Positions 38,541-51,309 of a stretch of DNA of 64,000 nucleotides are shown here, one piece after another. Under the pieces are notes generated by a model that was not told the DNA's origin, did not search any database, and saw only the letters and a list, made by a program, of their open reading frames with translations. The stretch lies in contig CM052816.1 in the NCBI GenBank assembly GCA_028534125.1, forward strand, positions 1,550,001 through 1,614,000, read 5' to 3'. The DNA comes from Lama glama. Its lineage: Eukaryota. Both the position numbers and the translations under genes were made by a program. How positions within the stretch are numbered: position 1 is the stretch's first letter; each line of letters begins with the position of its first letter.

Positions 38541-39110
38541 TGTTGCAGAAAAACGTGTTACAGCTCGATGTTACAGCTCAGTTGTGACAGCAACCTGGAT
38601 CCGGGCGAGAAACCAAGCAGCATTTGGAGAGTTGGAGAACTCAGGTTTATTACGCCAGCGGGCCCAGATGAGTTAGCACTCCAAGCTCTGGACCCAGTCC
38701 GTAGGTTTACACAGGTTGCCAGTTTACACTTTGCAACATCATATGCAAATAAGGTATAACAAAAGTTGACTAATTAGGAACAAGCTTTGTAGAAATGGAC
38801 CAATCAGGAGAGAGAGAGAGATGAACAATCAGGAGTGAGCGCCATGCAAATAAAGTACTACAAATGGACCAATCAGAAGTTAGGGAAATGGACCAATCAG
38901 GAGTGAAGGAAATGACCAATCAGGATTGAGCTCAGGGGACCAATAGAATTTTAGGGGTAAGTTCCACTTTCCTGGAAGTAATCAGTTTCAGAGGCAAAAA
39001 GTGAGATAGAGCCACTGGGCCGGGGAACTGGATGGTGCTGGCAGGAGAATAGTGGCCCTGCCTGGGGGGGGGGGGTCCTGCTGGTCTTTTCTATGGGGCT
39101 TCCAACCTCA
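38541..39110 (-). mobile_element. Solo endogenous retroviral LTR (ERV1-like), inserted in an L2
   Basis: TG...CA termini and a 4-bp near-TSD (cttt 38537-38540 / cttc 39111-39114). A minus-strand AATAAA (tttatt near 38646) gives the orientation. L2 sequence resumes across the insertion. Confidence 0.75.
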
Positions 39111-41407
39111 CTTCAGGGAGGCAAGCAGTTCAAGAATGGCTACAGCACAGTGTATATAGAGATGAAGGGTGTGGGAGTGGCAGGAAAGGAAGCTGAACAT
39201 GTAGAGGAGGCCTGAATAAGAGGATACTTGAATGTCATGCTGATGATAAGAGAGATGACCTCTTAGGCAACGAGACCATTCGTTTGCTCATGGTCTGCTT
39301 TTTAGAAGAACATGGACATTATTCTGTCTGCCCTTCAAAAGACAAAAATTGTTCAGGCAGCAATACGAAGGCTATATGAAATACATGGTGAGTGGGAAGG
39401 AGGCATGTGCAGGGAGAGAGAAACAGTATGCACCAAGTCATGTATGCAGTTACTTTCTTTTTCCACCAACCAGACAGCAAAGTAACTGAGGCTGTAATTA
39501 ACTGTGGTTAGAGGTGCTGTTAGCATTAGACCAGAGGCTCAGCAATGCCACTCCTCCTACACGCATGGGTCTAGATTAAATGGGAAACTCACGTACTATT
39601 TGGTCCCTGACAGCCCTGTAGACACTTTTTGACAAACTGGACTGGAACATTGAGCTTAAGCTCAAGACTAAAGCTTTCCAGCACACATACAAAGACTTTG
39701 TCTACTGTTATTGAGACCCAATTAGCATCCTCAAGGAGGGATCCATCAAATAACTCTTTTCTCCTGGAAAAAGGTAGACAGGGAGGTGCTGGGAGAGAAA
39801 GGCTAAGACTTTCTCCTTCCCTTCTCCCCTGACTCCAGTAACACCACTGTTCTAAAAAGGTTTGATGTTTTATTTTTGCAAAATAAAAGTGGAAGAGGTG
39901 TCTGGAATAGAAACAAAGCCACTTTGTTGTACAAGCTTTTCTTTCTCTTTTTAAAGTAAGAGATACACAAGCTTCTCTCCATTAATGTGAACATCCAAAA
40001 AAATGAGAAATTGCCTCCTTGAGGCAGATATTACTTGGGGGTTCCTAAAGAATATGAGATAAAATAACATGACAACCCATGCTGTTGACTCAGACTACGA
40101 GTTCATGGAAAGAAGGAACAATGCTTTCCACCTTGGATGGTGTCTAATGCAGTCAAGCAAAAAAAAAAAATGGAACTTCTTTATAAAAGCATTTGCATGC
40201 CTATAATTATAAAAATGTGAATAGAGGATTCCAATTTTGTTCTGGTGACCTCTGGATATCTCAAATTCAAAGGCATGGAGGTCCAAACGCCATGGATGCT
40301 TACTGCTATCTCAAGATAAGATTAATTAAAAGAAGCTGGGAGTGCTTGGGGAGTTCTTCCTGAACTGTCAGATCTCAAGACACTAGAAATGGAAGGGATT
40401 TTAAATCTGTAGTCCAACTTCCTCCCACTGCAGGGTTCTTTGACCTTGTCTCAGCTCTGTTCATTGCTAAGTGTTTTAAAATGATTTCTTATGTTGAGGT
40501 AAACCCTGTTGTGAAGAAATACAGGCTTGTCTTGCCAGAACATGCTGACTATTTCCGTGCTAGAGACAGAAAGTGGGGTTGGGTGGATCATGAGATAGGC
40601 ATTTGTGGGATATATTTGGTGATCTTCCATGCACAAGGGAGAAGCCAGTTCTGGACAGCGTCCTATGGTCAAAGTAGGACTCAAGAGTTAGGGGATTTTG
40701 GAAGACAAGAGTGGACAGAATCATTTTGAATTTACCCCTGTCTCCACACAAAAGTAAACAGAGCAAATGCGTAACAATCAGATGGTATCCCCATGAATAT
40801 CCAAATATAAGCTATGTGGACAAAGCAGCAACTGCCCAAGGCTCCCATGGTATTAATGCTTGTGTGTCAGAAAGCAATAGGGTATCTGATAGCTCTGAGA
40901 ATGGGAGAAACCCAACATGGGCAGTAGGTACTTACTGGAAAACACATGAGCCAATCCGAGAGGGGCAGCTGAACCTGGGAAGATTTGCCCAAGCCAGCAG
41001 GGGAGCACAAGGGGTGCAGAGAGAGGGTGGAGGGCTGGAGCAATCTAGCCTTTATGGGCTCCCAAAATTGACCACCAGGACTCCCCTTCCAGGACAGGGA
41101 TCCATACTGGGGAGAAACTATTAGCAGTAGGACAAGAACTGAGCATGATATGGACAATAGAGAAGGAAAAACAAGAAGTCTAGTTAAAAGTTGGAGGTGA
41201 TACAAGAGTCAGGAAATCTTAGGAAGCAAGCTAGAAAAACCATAAGAAATAAAAAAAAAAAAGCAGAACTGGAAGTGGAGGTGAGGTGGGGACAGAAACC
41301 TGTAAATTGAAAAAGACATAAACCATCCTAAAGATGGACAAAGCTAGCTACAGTGCCTAGGGGTGCACACTGGGTGAGAAAACTAAAAGGAAACTCAACA
41401 AAATTAC

Positions 41408-41779
41408 TGCAGTGGACCAAGTATGCTTCTCTCCTCCTGCCCCCCTCTCCAATTCAAATGCTACTCTTACCCCACAATGTGATGATATAAGAAGGTGGGG
41501 CTTTTGAAAGGTGGTTAGGTCATGAGGGTGGAACCCTCATGCATGGAATTAGTGGCCTATGGAAGGGACTCCAGAGAGCTCTCTCACCCTCTTTCCACCA
41601 GGTGAGGACACAGTGAGAAGTCAGCAGTATGCAACCTGGAAGCAGGCCCTCTACAGAACCCAACCATGCTGGCCCCCTGATCTCAGACTTCCAGCCTCCA
41701 GAACCACAAGAAGTTAATTTCTGTTGTTTAAAATCCACCCAATTTATAGCACTTTGTTATAGCAGCCTAAACTAAGACA
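41408..41779 (+). mobile_element. MaLR LTR (MLT1A-like) inserted in an old L1 3' end
   Basis: 'ccccacaatgtgatgat..aggtggggc..ggtcatgagggtggaaccctcatg..tctcagacttccagcctccagaac..ttgttatagcagcctaaactaagaca'. Confidence 0.85.
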
Positions 41780-42039
41780 GTTATTTCCACAGACGTCCAG
41801 ATCATGGTTACTTTTGGTGGGCATCTGTGATTTGGTGGGCTTCTGGGATCTGGTGGTTTTCTCTATCTGTGTTTTATTTTACCATAAACAAGTAATAAAA
41901 GGAGAGAAGGATCAAGGGGACCTCAGGTCCCAACTAATTCTGTATACTCATACTGAAGCTGATAAAATTCTATCTCACGTCTGTTGACTATGTGTCCTAT
42001 GCAAGGTGCTGTGCTAAGTACTTCACCACAGTACTTATG

Positions 42040-42250
42040 TCTGCTGAGTCTAGAATCAAGTAGCCTGGTTAGTTTCCTTTACTAGCTGTGTGACTTTGGG
42101 CAAGTACCTAATTCTCTTTGAACCTCTGTATCCTCATCTGTAAAATGGGATAACAGTAGTTCATCTCTCATAAGGCTGTTGGGATGAGTGAGTTTTGCTA
42201 GTAAAGCCCTTAACACAGTGCCTAACTCACAGAACATGCTCAGCCAGTCA
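42040..42250 (+). mobile_element. MIR SINE
   Basis: 'ttactagctgtgtgactttgggcaagtacctaattctctttgaacctctgtatcctcatctgtaaaatgggataac'. Confidence 0.85.
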
Positions 42251-43321
42251 TAAACACTGCTCCATTCTAGTGAGGTTGCTGTTATTACTCTCATATTATG
42301 GGTGAAAAAAAGTTAAAGCTCAGAGAGGTTAAGTCATAGAATTATTAAGCGTTAAAGCTAGGCTCTCAGCATTTTCCTTCTGCTTTCCCAACTCATTAAC
42401 TCCCTTCAAAATAAAGATTGTGAAATGGTAAATGACAGTGACCTGGCCTGGTTCCACAGCTTTGTTTTGAAGGATATCTGGGGTCTCGTTCCCTCCCCTG
42501 CCCTAACACATGATGTTGCAATTTCACTACAAGACAGAGAATCCAGCAGTGCGGTCTGAAGCATGTCTTTCTGAAGCAACCCTGGAAGAGGGAGGAAGGG
42601 TAAGAAGGCAGCATGGCTGTGCGTCCTCTTCAGCAGAGGCATAAACAAGCCCCCATGCCCAGAGGGGGCCAGGAACCCAGCGAGGCAGCTGGCTGGATGC
42701 GTCACACACAGCGTGCTGAGAGAGAAAGTATAAGTGGCATTCCTCTGTGCTGAAGTTTCAGCGTAAACAAGGAGCAAGTAGTTTTCATGATAATTACCAA
42801 ATATTTGAAATGTATTGTTCCTTCCCCACTCCCAAGACACTTCTCGAAGCTCCAGCTGTGCTAATAATGTTACGTGCACCACTTCCAGGGCCACAAGTAT
42901 CGTTCCAAGACAAAGGATCCTCATCTGTGTTTGTTCTTGTTTTCCATCAACACTTGAAGCCTAGTTCACCTAGACTTTCTTGGGGCTCTGTGTTCTGTTT
43001 GGGGGGGAAAAAAACCAAGCCTTTGGAGTTAAGATCTTAATTTAGAGGTAAGGTCTCAATTTCTCTGATGCCCACCCATCAGAAGAGGAAGTAATACTTG
43101 CGCCGTGATAGAGCTGACGTGAAGGTGACTAAGGAAACAGAAGTAAAGAGCCCAGTATAGAGCTTGCATACAGTAGGCCCCATAAATGAAGATGCGTCCC
43201 CAACTCCCACGCCAGCACACTTGAAAGTGAGAGCCAGTATGGCAGATAGGTAGCACATGGCTTCTTTCCCCTACGGTACCGATGGTAGACATCATTAATT
43301 GATCGCAATATTTTTCCCTGC

Positions 43322-43805
43322 TTGGATGAGTTTGCTATTGCTGTGGTAACAAATTACCACGCATTTAATGGATTAAAACAGCACAACTTTATTATCTTAC
43401 AGTTTTGTAGGTCTCAAGTCCAGCAGTTCTCACTGGACTCAACTCATGTTGGTAGAGTTGCTTTCCTTTTTTTTTGGAAACTCAAGGGGAGAATTACTCA
43501 TTTCCTTGCCTTTTCCAGCTTCTAGAGGCCTCTCTCCGGTTCATGAACATAGCCTCTACATATCAGAACCAGCAGCAGGGCATCAAATCCGTTTCATGTT
43601 GCTACTAGTTTCTGACCATAGTCAGGAAATGGTCTCCAGTTGTAAGGACCCATGTAATTAGATTGGGCCCACCAGATTATCCAGGGTTACCACCCCATCT
43701 CAAGATCCACAACCTTCATCAGTCTGCAAAGTCCCTTTTGCATATTCACATGTTCCTGGGATGAGGATGTGAACATCTTTGGAGCTGTTGTTCTACCCAC
43801 CACAC
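43322..43805 (-). mobile_element. MaLR LTR (MLT1C/D/E-like)
   Basis: 'ctattgctgtggtaacaaattaccac...ttttccagcttctagaggc...gattgggcccaccagattatccagg...ctgcaaagtcccttttgc'. Confidence 0.8.
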
Positions 43806-43943
43806 TTCTCAACGCAGTGCAGCCACTACCTGTGGATTAGACTTGGACCAGTGAGGTCAAATTTACTTGGCCTGTAAGACCAAAGCTGCCCCTACTTTGG
43901 AGATTCATTAGGACAGAAGTCAAAAAAAAAAAAAAAAACAAGG

Positions 43944-44095
43944 AAGAAGGGTATATCTCAAGTGGTAGTGCTGCATGCTTAGCATGTGTGAGATCCTGGA
44001 TTCAATCCCCAGTACCTCCTCTAAAAAAAAAAAATTAACAAACCTAATCACCTCCCCCTACCAAAATAAAATAAATAATACAATTTAAAAAAAAA
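43944..44095 (+). mobile_element. tRNA-derived camelid SINE (Vic-1-like), long form with extended tail
   Basis: Same tRNA-like head as the other copies, then an A-run, 'aacctaatcacctcccc' and a second A-rich tail. The flanks (a)n-caag and (a)n-gcaag suggest a TSD. Confidence 0.8.
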
Positions 44096-44349
44096 GCAAG
44101 CTAGTCAGGGGATAATTAGAATCAAAAGAAAGTAATAACTACCATGTGCTAAACTCTTTTTTTTTTTTCCAACCTGCCTACCAGGATTCTCTTACTGCCA
44201 CAGTCAGGAGCAGAAGCAGTCCGGTCCTCAGTAGCTGTAGAAGGGGGAACATCCTTTCTACCAGTGGGTCCCAGAGTCCCACCTCCAGGCCTCTCAACTT
44301 GGGGCCCCTTCACGTGGAAAAACACCTGGTCCCACGTCAGCCTATACAC

Positions 44350-46425
44350 TTTTAAAAAAACAGTTTCACTGAGGTATAATTGACTAGCAACAATCTGCAC
44401 ACGTTGAAAGTGTACAACATAATATTATCACACTCAAGATCACAAACACAGCCATCCTCACCAAAAGTCTACTTGTTCCCCTTGGTAATCCCTCCCTATT
44501 CTCCCACTGTTTGCTGATAACCTCTAATCTACAATTGTCACTGTAGTTTCCATTTTCTAACATTTTATATAAATTATGCACTGAGTACCCCTCGTTTTGG
44601 TTTCTTTCCATTTAGTAATGATTCTGAGATTCATCCTTGTTGTGTGTATCGATAGTTCATTGTTTTTCCTGCTGAGTATCATTGCAACATAAACCACAAT
44701 TTTGTTTATCTTTTCAGTGGCTGACAGAAATTCTCAGTTTTTGGCTATTACAAATAAACTCTTATGAATATTCATGTACAAGTCTTTATATGGGCACATG
44801 CTTTCATTTTTCTTGGGTAAATGTCTAGGAGTCTGACGGCTGGGCCATATACTAGGTGTATGTTTAACTTTTTAAGAAACTGCCAAACTGTTTTCTAAAG
44901 TGGTTGCACCATTTCACATCCTCATCAGCAGTGTATGAGAACTTCAGTACCTCCATGTTCTTGGCAATACTGAGTATGGTTAGTCTTTTTAATTTTGGCC
45001 ATTCTAACAGGTATATGGTAGTATCTCACTGTTTCATCTGCATTTACTTAATGATAATAATGTTGAGTATCTTTGTAATTTGCTTATTTGCCATGCACGT
45101 TCTCTTCTCTGGTGAAGTGTAAGTTCAAATCTTTTATCCATTTTTTAAATTAGGTTGTTTGTTTTCTCATTGGGTTTTAAAGTTCTTTATATATTCTGAA
45201 TACAGTTCTCTTGACAGATACATGATTTGCAAATATTTTCTCTCATTTTGTGGTTTGTCTTTCCATTCCCTTAACAGTGCAATGAGAAAGGAGAAGTTCT
45301 TAATTTTGATATAGTACGAGATACTGATTTTTCTTTCATGAATTGTGTTTTTGTGCTATGCTTAAGAAATGTGTTATATTTAAGAAATCTTTTCCCAAAC
45401 TAGGATCATAAAAATTTTCTTCTATGTTTTCTTCTAGGAATTTTACAGTTTCAGGTTTTACATTTAGATCTATGATCCATTTTGAGTTAATTTTTGTATA
45501 TGATATGAGGTATGAATTAATGTTCTGTCTCCCAAGAAAACATCTGCAAATGATGTGACTGACAAAGGCTTAATTTCCAAAATATACAAACAGCTCATAC
45601 AGCTCCATAACAAAGAAATAAACAACCCAATCCAAAAATGGGCAGAAGACCTAAACAAACATTTCTCCAGTGAAGACATACGAATGGCCAATAGACATAC
45701 GAAAAAATGGTCAATATCACTAATTATGAGAGAAATGCAAATCAAAACTGCAATAAGGTATCACTTCATACCACTCAGAATGGCCATCATTAAAAAGTCC
45801 ACAAACGATAAATGCTGGAGAGGCTGTGGAGAAAAGGGAACCCTCTTACACTGCTGGTGGGAATGTAGTTTGGTGCAGCCACTCCGGAAAACAGTATGGA
45901 GATTCCTCAAAAACTAAAAATAGACTTACCATATGATCCAGCAATCCCACTTCTGGGCATATATCCAGAGGGAACCTTAATTCAAAATGACACATGCCCC
46001 TCAATGTGCATAGCAGCCCTATTTAAAATAGTCAAGACATGGAAACACCTAAATGTCCATCGGCAGATGACTGGATAAAGAAGACGTAGTGTACACACAC
46101 ACACACACACACACACACACGTATATATATACACACACACGCATATACACACAATGGAATACTACTCAGACATAAAAAAAGAATAAAATAATGCAATTTG
46201 CAGCAACATGGATGAGTCACCCTATGTGAAGTAAGCCAAAAAGAAAGAAAAATACCAAATGATATTATTTATATGTGGAATCCAAAAAATTGATACAAAT
46301 GAACTTATTTACAAAACAAAAACAGACTCATAGACATAGAAAACAAACTTATGGTTACCAAGAGGGAAAGGTGGGGAGGGTGGAGGGATAAATTGGGAGT
46401 GTTGGATTTGCAGATAGGAAAAGGA

Positions 46426-46459
<34 letters not shown>

Positions 46460-47770
46460 ATGTGTGTGTGTGTGTGTGTGTAACTGTATCACTATGCTGT
46501 ACACCAGAAATTAATACAATATTGTAAACTGACTATAATGAAAAAAAAAACCAGCAAAAAAAGAAAATCTGAAAAATAGTAAAGTTCTGTTTCCCCAGTC
46601 CCTATACAGACATCAAACTGTTTAGTACTGTTTGTTGAAAAGACTTTCTTTTCTCCACTGAACTATGAAAAACAGTTATCCATATGTCTGTGGATCTATT
46701 TCTGGACTCTCAGTGCTGATTTATTTATTTATCTATCTTGACACTATAATCACACTGATGATTACTGTATCTTTATGATAAGTCTTGAAATCAGGCAGTG
46801 AATCATCTGTAATGATGGGCTCACAGAATGAATTGGTAAGTATTCCTTCATCTTCAAATTCTTCAGCGTTTGTGTAGTATTTCTTTCTGAAGTAGTTGAC
46901 ATAGTTGACTCATCCATGTTGCTGCATAGTTCCCCAATGAAACTGCCTAGTCCTTGAGTTTCGTCTTGTTTTTTCTGAAAAAATTTGTTAACTACAAATC
47001 CAGGTTATTTCTTCTTTAATGAACTATGGTTGATTATGTCTTTCAAGGAATTTGTCCATTTAAGTTGTCAAATTTATAGGCATTTATTATTTTATGGGCA
47101 TAGAATTGTTCATAATATCTTCTTACTATTGCTTTAATATTCACAGAGTCCACAGAGTTGTCACTTTTCTCATTCCAGATATTTAGCAATGCATGTCTTC
47201 TCTCTGTTATCCTATCCGGTTTGGTTAGAGGTTTATGAATTTAACTGATCTCAAAGAATCAGCTTTGACTTCAATGCTTTTCTCCATTTTTTTTCTATTT
47301 CCAATTTCATTGACATGTTCATTGAGTTTTACTTATTATTTCCTTTCTTCTGCTTACCTTGGCTTTAATTTACTCTTCTTTTTCTAGTTTCTTAAGATGG
47401 GAGCTCTTGTTATTGACTTGAGACCTTTCTTCTTTTTTAGCATAGGCATTTTAGTGTTATAAATTCCCCCCCACCCCAGGCATTGCTTTAGCTGCTTCCT
47501 GTAAGTTCTGATATGTATATGTTTATTTTCATTCAGAAAAAGTTAAAAATACTTTATTTCCCTTTTGATTTCTTCTTTAACCCAAGAGTTATGAAGAAGT
47601 GTTTTATATAATTTCCAAATATCTGGGGATTTTATAATAATTGTCTGCTGTTGAGCTCTAATTTAATTCCATTTCGTTCAGAAAATATATTTTTATGACT
47701 TGAATCTTTTTAAATGTATTAAGATTTGTTTTATGTCCCAGAACATGGTCTATCTTGGTGAATGTTCCAA
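44350..47770 (-). mobile_element. Old L1M (L1MC/MD-like) fragments, split by a younger L1
   Basis: Reverse 3' end 'actgaggtataattgac..aaagtgtacaac', plus degenerate reverse ORF2 'ttttaagaaactgccaaactgtttt', 'gatttgcaaatattttctctcatt', 'caaagaatcagcttt'. Confidence 0.8.
45537..46579 (+). mobile_element. 5'-truncated lineage L1, copy C, with (CA)n and (TG)n tracts
   Basis: ORF 45555-45917 '[33 protein letters not shown]'. Diverged 19-bp TSD taatgttctgtctcccaag (45518-45536) / taaagttctgtttccccag (46580-46598). Confidence 0.92.
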
Positions 47771-49389
47771 TAATATTAAGCACTTTATTTTTTCATATTT
47801 AATCTTCACAACGGTGTGCACTGTTATATCTCCATTTAATAAAGAGGAAATAGGATAATACTGGATCTCCATTTTAAAGAGAAAAAGCTGAGGGTCAATC
47901 GATTTAAATAATGATTCAGTGCCAGGCAGCTATTAAGTAGCAGAACTAAGATATGGTCCCGGGTGTGACATCAAAGCCAAGCTATTAACCACTCTTCCAC
48001 GGTTCCTCCATATCCATCCCTCATCCTGGTAAGCAGGGAAGACCACTGGCACTCAAGGGGCTGAGTTTAGAGGTTAATTTCCTCTTTCTGAAAGTGCTGG
48101 GATCTATCTCCCAAATTGCTCCTTCCTAGCATAAACACAATTGCTTCAACTGTTGACGCAAACGTGAAGGTGAGGTATGTCTGATGGTAAGAGACGCCAC
48201 AACCCAAGCGCTAATCTGAGTCAGAACCTTGCTACTGAGCCCCGCTGCTGACTGAGACTCAATCACTAGGTCATCCTGATAACACTCCGAAGCAAAGACT
48301 GACATCAGGCCTTTTTGCCTCTTCCTAGCAGGTAGCAGGGGATGGCTAAGTGCCCTTCAGAGCCCAACAATACTTAGGAAGCCTCTGGACTAGCAGACTC
48401 TATTTATATGACCCTTGAATTTAAATAATAGCCTTCAAGTCAGCCTGGATGGAAATGACTCTTTCCTTACTACTTTCTTGAATTTAACTGTCAGTTATTA
48501 AAGGCATGATCTTATTGCTAGTAAATGTGGTTATAGTTCTTACTCACTGGGACTGATGCCCATTTGGGACCTATTAGTTCAGTTCAACAAAAGAGTTTTT
48601 GATCATCTGCCTCTCCAATTATCTAAGTGATCCAGTCCCTGTCTTACTCCTGTCACCACAGTCATTTGACTAGCCTGTTAATGATCTTTCTGGCTGCATT
48701 CATGGCCCTGCACAATGGGTTTCTTTGAATGGTCTTCCAGGAGCATGCTCCTCTTATATACAAAGTCAATTTAACTTCTTCAGTTATTTGCAGGATCCCA
48801 AATTGTCCATAACTGACTGCTTCCTAATGCCACTTAGCCTAAATATCTGAAAGGAAACGAGTGTGCTACCTGAATGAGCTATTCATTCCTAGAGCCATTT
48901 CTTCACCACTTGAAATGCTAAATAGTCAGTTGCTGAAAGAAAGAAAAGAACTCCTGGGGATCTTCTTTGAGCACCTAATCATCTTATCTTTTACTGAAGT
49001 AGACTGGCTTCTACACGCTAATTATTAACCTGCAGATTACTAAGGAGTTAAAACTCTTTGCTAAAAGTATGCAGTTCCCAGAAGTTAATCAGTGAAATGT
49101 AGTATCCGGATTTTTAAATTTCTTCTGAGGAGTGATGTATAGGACGTGGAATGAAGAAGTTCTGCAGCAACCTCAAAGCCTAGAGTAGCCACTATTTCAG
49201 TTGACACATAAGTGCTTCAGTCCACTTTCTCCTAACTGTGTGAAAGAAATCTTTCCTTAAAGTTCTGCAAACTTTTGACAAACTGCTAGTGAGAAATGGC
49301 CAATCAGTTTTAGCTTATGTGTCAATTGACTGGCTGGCATTAGATACTGGGATTCTGTGGTGAGAATGATTCTGAGACCACACTCTTGT

Positions 49390-51030
49390 TAAAATTGAAA
49401 TATAGTTGATTTACACTATTCTATTAGTTTCAGGTGTATAGCATAGTGATTCAGTATTTTTATAGATGATACTCATTAAAATAATGGCTATAGTTCCCTG
49501 TGCTATACAATATATTCTTGTTGCTTATCTATTTTATATGTAGTAGCTTGTATCTCTTAATCCTATACCTGTATGATGCTCCTCCCCCATCCCTTTCCCC
49601 ACAGATAACCTCTAGTGTTTTGTGTGTCTGTGAGTCTGTTTCTGTTTTGCTATATGCATTTGTTTGTTTTATTTTGTAGATTCCACATATAAGTGATTTC
49701 ATACAGTACTTGTATTTCTCTAATTTCACTATGCATAATATTCTCTAGGTCCATCCATGTTGCTGCAAATGGCAGAATTTGATTCTTTTTATAGCTCTGT
49801 AATATTCCATTGATACATACACCACATTTTCTTTATCCATTTGTCTGTTGATGGACACTTGGGTTGCTTTCATAGTTTGTCTGTTGTAAAATAGCGCTGC
49901 TATGAACACTCTTCTTCCAATTTGGATGCCTTTTATTTCTTTTTCTTGTCTGACGGCTGTGGCTACGACTTCCAATACTATGTTAAATAGAAGCAGCGAA
50001 ACTGGGCATCCTTGTATTATTCTTGAATTTAGAGGAAAGGTTTTCAGCTTTCCACTGTTGCGTATGATGTTAGCTGTGGGTCTGTCACAAACGGCCTCTA
50101 TTATGTTGAGATATGTATACCAACTTTGCTGAGAGTTTTTGTGAATGGATGCTGAATTTTGTCAAATGCTTTTTTGGTGTCTGTTTAGATGATCATGTGA
50201 TTTTTATCCTTCCTTTTATTAATTTTGTATATTACATGGATTGATTTGTGAATATTGAACCACCCTTGTGTCCTTGAAATAAATCCCACTTGATCATTGT
50301 GTATGATCCTTTTTATATATTGTTGGAATTAGCTTCTAATATTTTGTTGAGGATTTTTACATCCATATTTATCAGAGATACTGGCCTGTAATTTTCTTTT
50401 TTTGGAGTGTCCTTGTCTGGTTTTGGTATCAGGGTAATGGCCTTGCAGAGTGAATTTGGGAGTGCTTCGTCCTCTTTAATTTTTTGGGAATAGTTTGAGA
50501 AGAATAGGTACTAGCTCTTCTTTGTTTGTTTGGTACAATTTCCCCGTGAAGCTGTCCAGTCCTGGACTTTTGTTTGTTGGGAGTTTTTTAAATTACAAAT
50601 TCAATTTCACTACTAGTGATCTGTCTGTTCAAACTGTTTCTTCTCGATTCAGTCTTGGCAAGTTGTATATTTCTAAAAAGTTTTCCATTTCTTCTGGGTT
50701 GTCCAATTTGTTGGCATGTAATTGTTCATAGTATTCTCTTACGAATTTTTGTATCTTGGTATTGGTTGTTATTTCTCCTCTTTCATTTCCTACTTTGCTT
50801 ATTTGCATCCTCTCTCCTTCTTAGTGAGCTTGGCTTAAGGTTTATCAATTTTGTTTATGTTTTCAAAAAACCAGCTCCTGATTTTATTGATCTTTTCTAC
50901 TGTTTTTTTTTGTCTTTATTTTATTTATTTCCTCTCTGACCTTTATAATTTCCTTCTTTCTGCTAACATTTGGGCTTTGTTTTTTCTTCTTTTTCTAATT
51001 CCTTTAGGTGGTAGTTTAGGTTGTTTATTC
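49390..51030 (-). mobile_element. L1 fragment (3' UTR joined to mid-ORF2/RT region by an internal deletion)
   Basis: Minus-strand peptide '[19 protein letters not shown]' (RT region) is fused directly to 'VFIAALF' (ORF2 C-terminus). Further RT-region sequence extends to about 51030. Confidence 0.85.
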
Positions 51031-51309
51031 TGAGACTATAATCTTGATCAATAGAAAAAGTAAGGTGATTGATTAGTGATGCCTGTCAAGAACACAGTAA
51101 TAAGCAATTGTGGCACACCCAGAGTGCCAGACACTATTCCAGGCACTGGGAATACACTAATGAACAGGACAGTTTCAGCTGATGAATTCACAAAGCTTAC
51201 AGGTGGGAGTGATTAATAAAGTCACTTTTTATTTTGTTATTCTAAAATTTGATGGTTCTTGTTCTGCCCATCACTCTATTAATGGATTATTTTACATAGC
51301 CACAATGTT

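Noticed and set aside
38790..38950. Spaced direct repeats superficially like a CRISPR array
   Set aside because: Units are about 10-20 bp with irregular spacing, lie inside a mammalian LTR, and have no cas genes nearby. They are CCAAT-box repeats.
42406..42924. 172-aa minus-strand ORF with a hydrophobic N-terminus
   Set aside because: No recognisable family, no splice or promoter support, and it sits in repeat-rich DNA.
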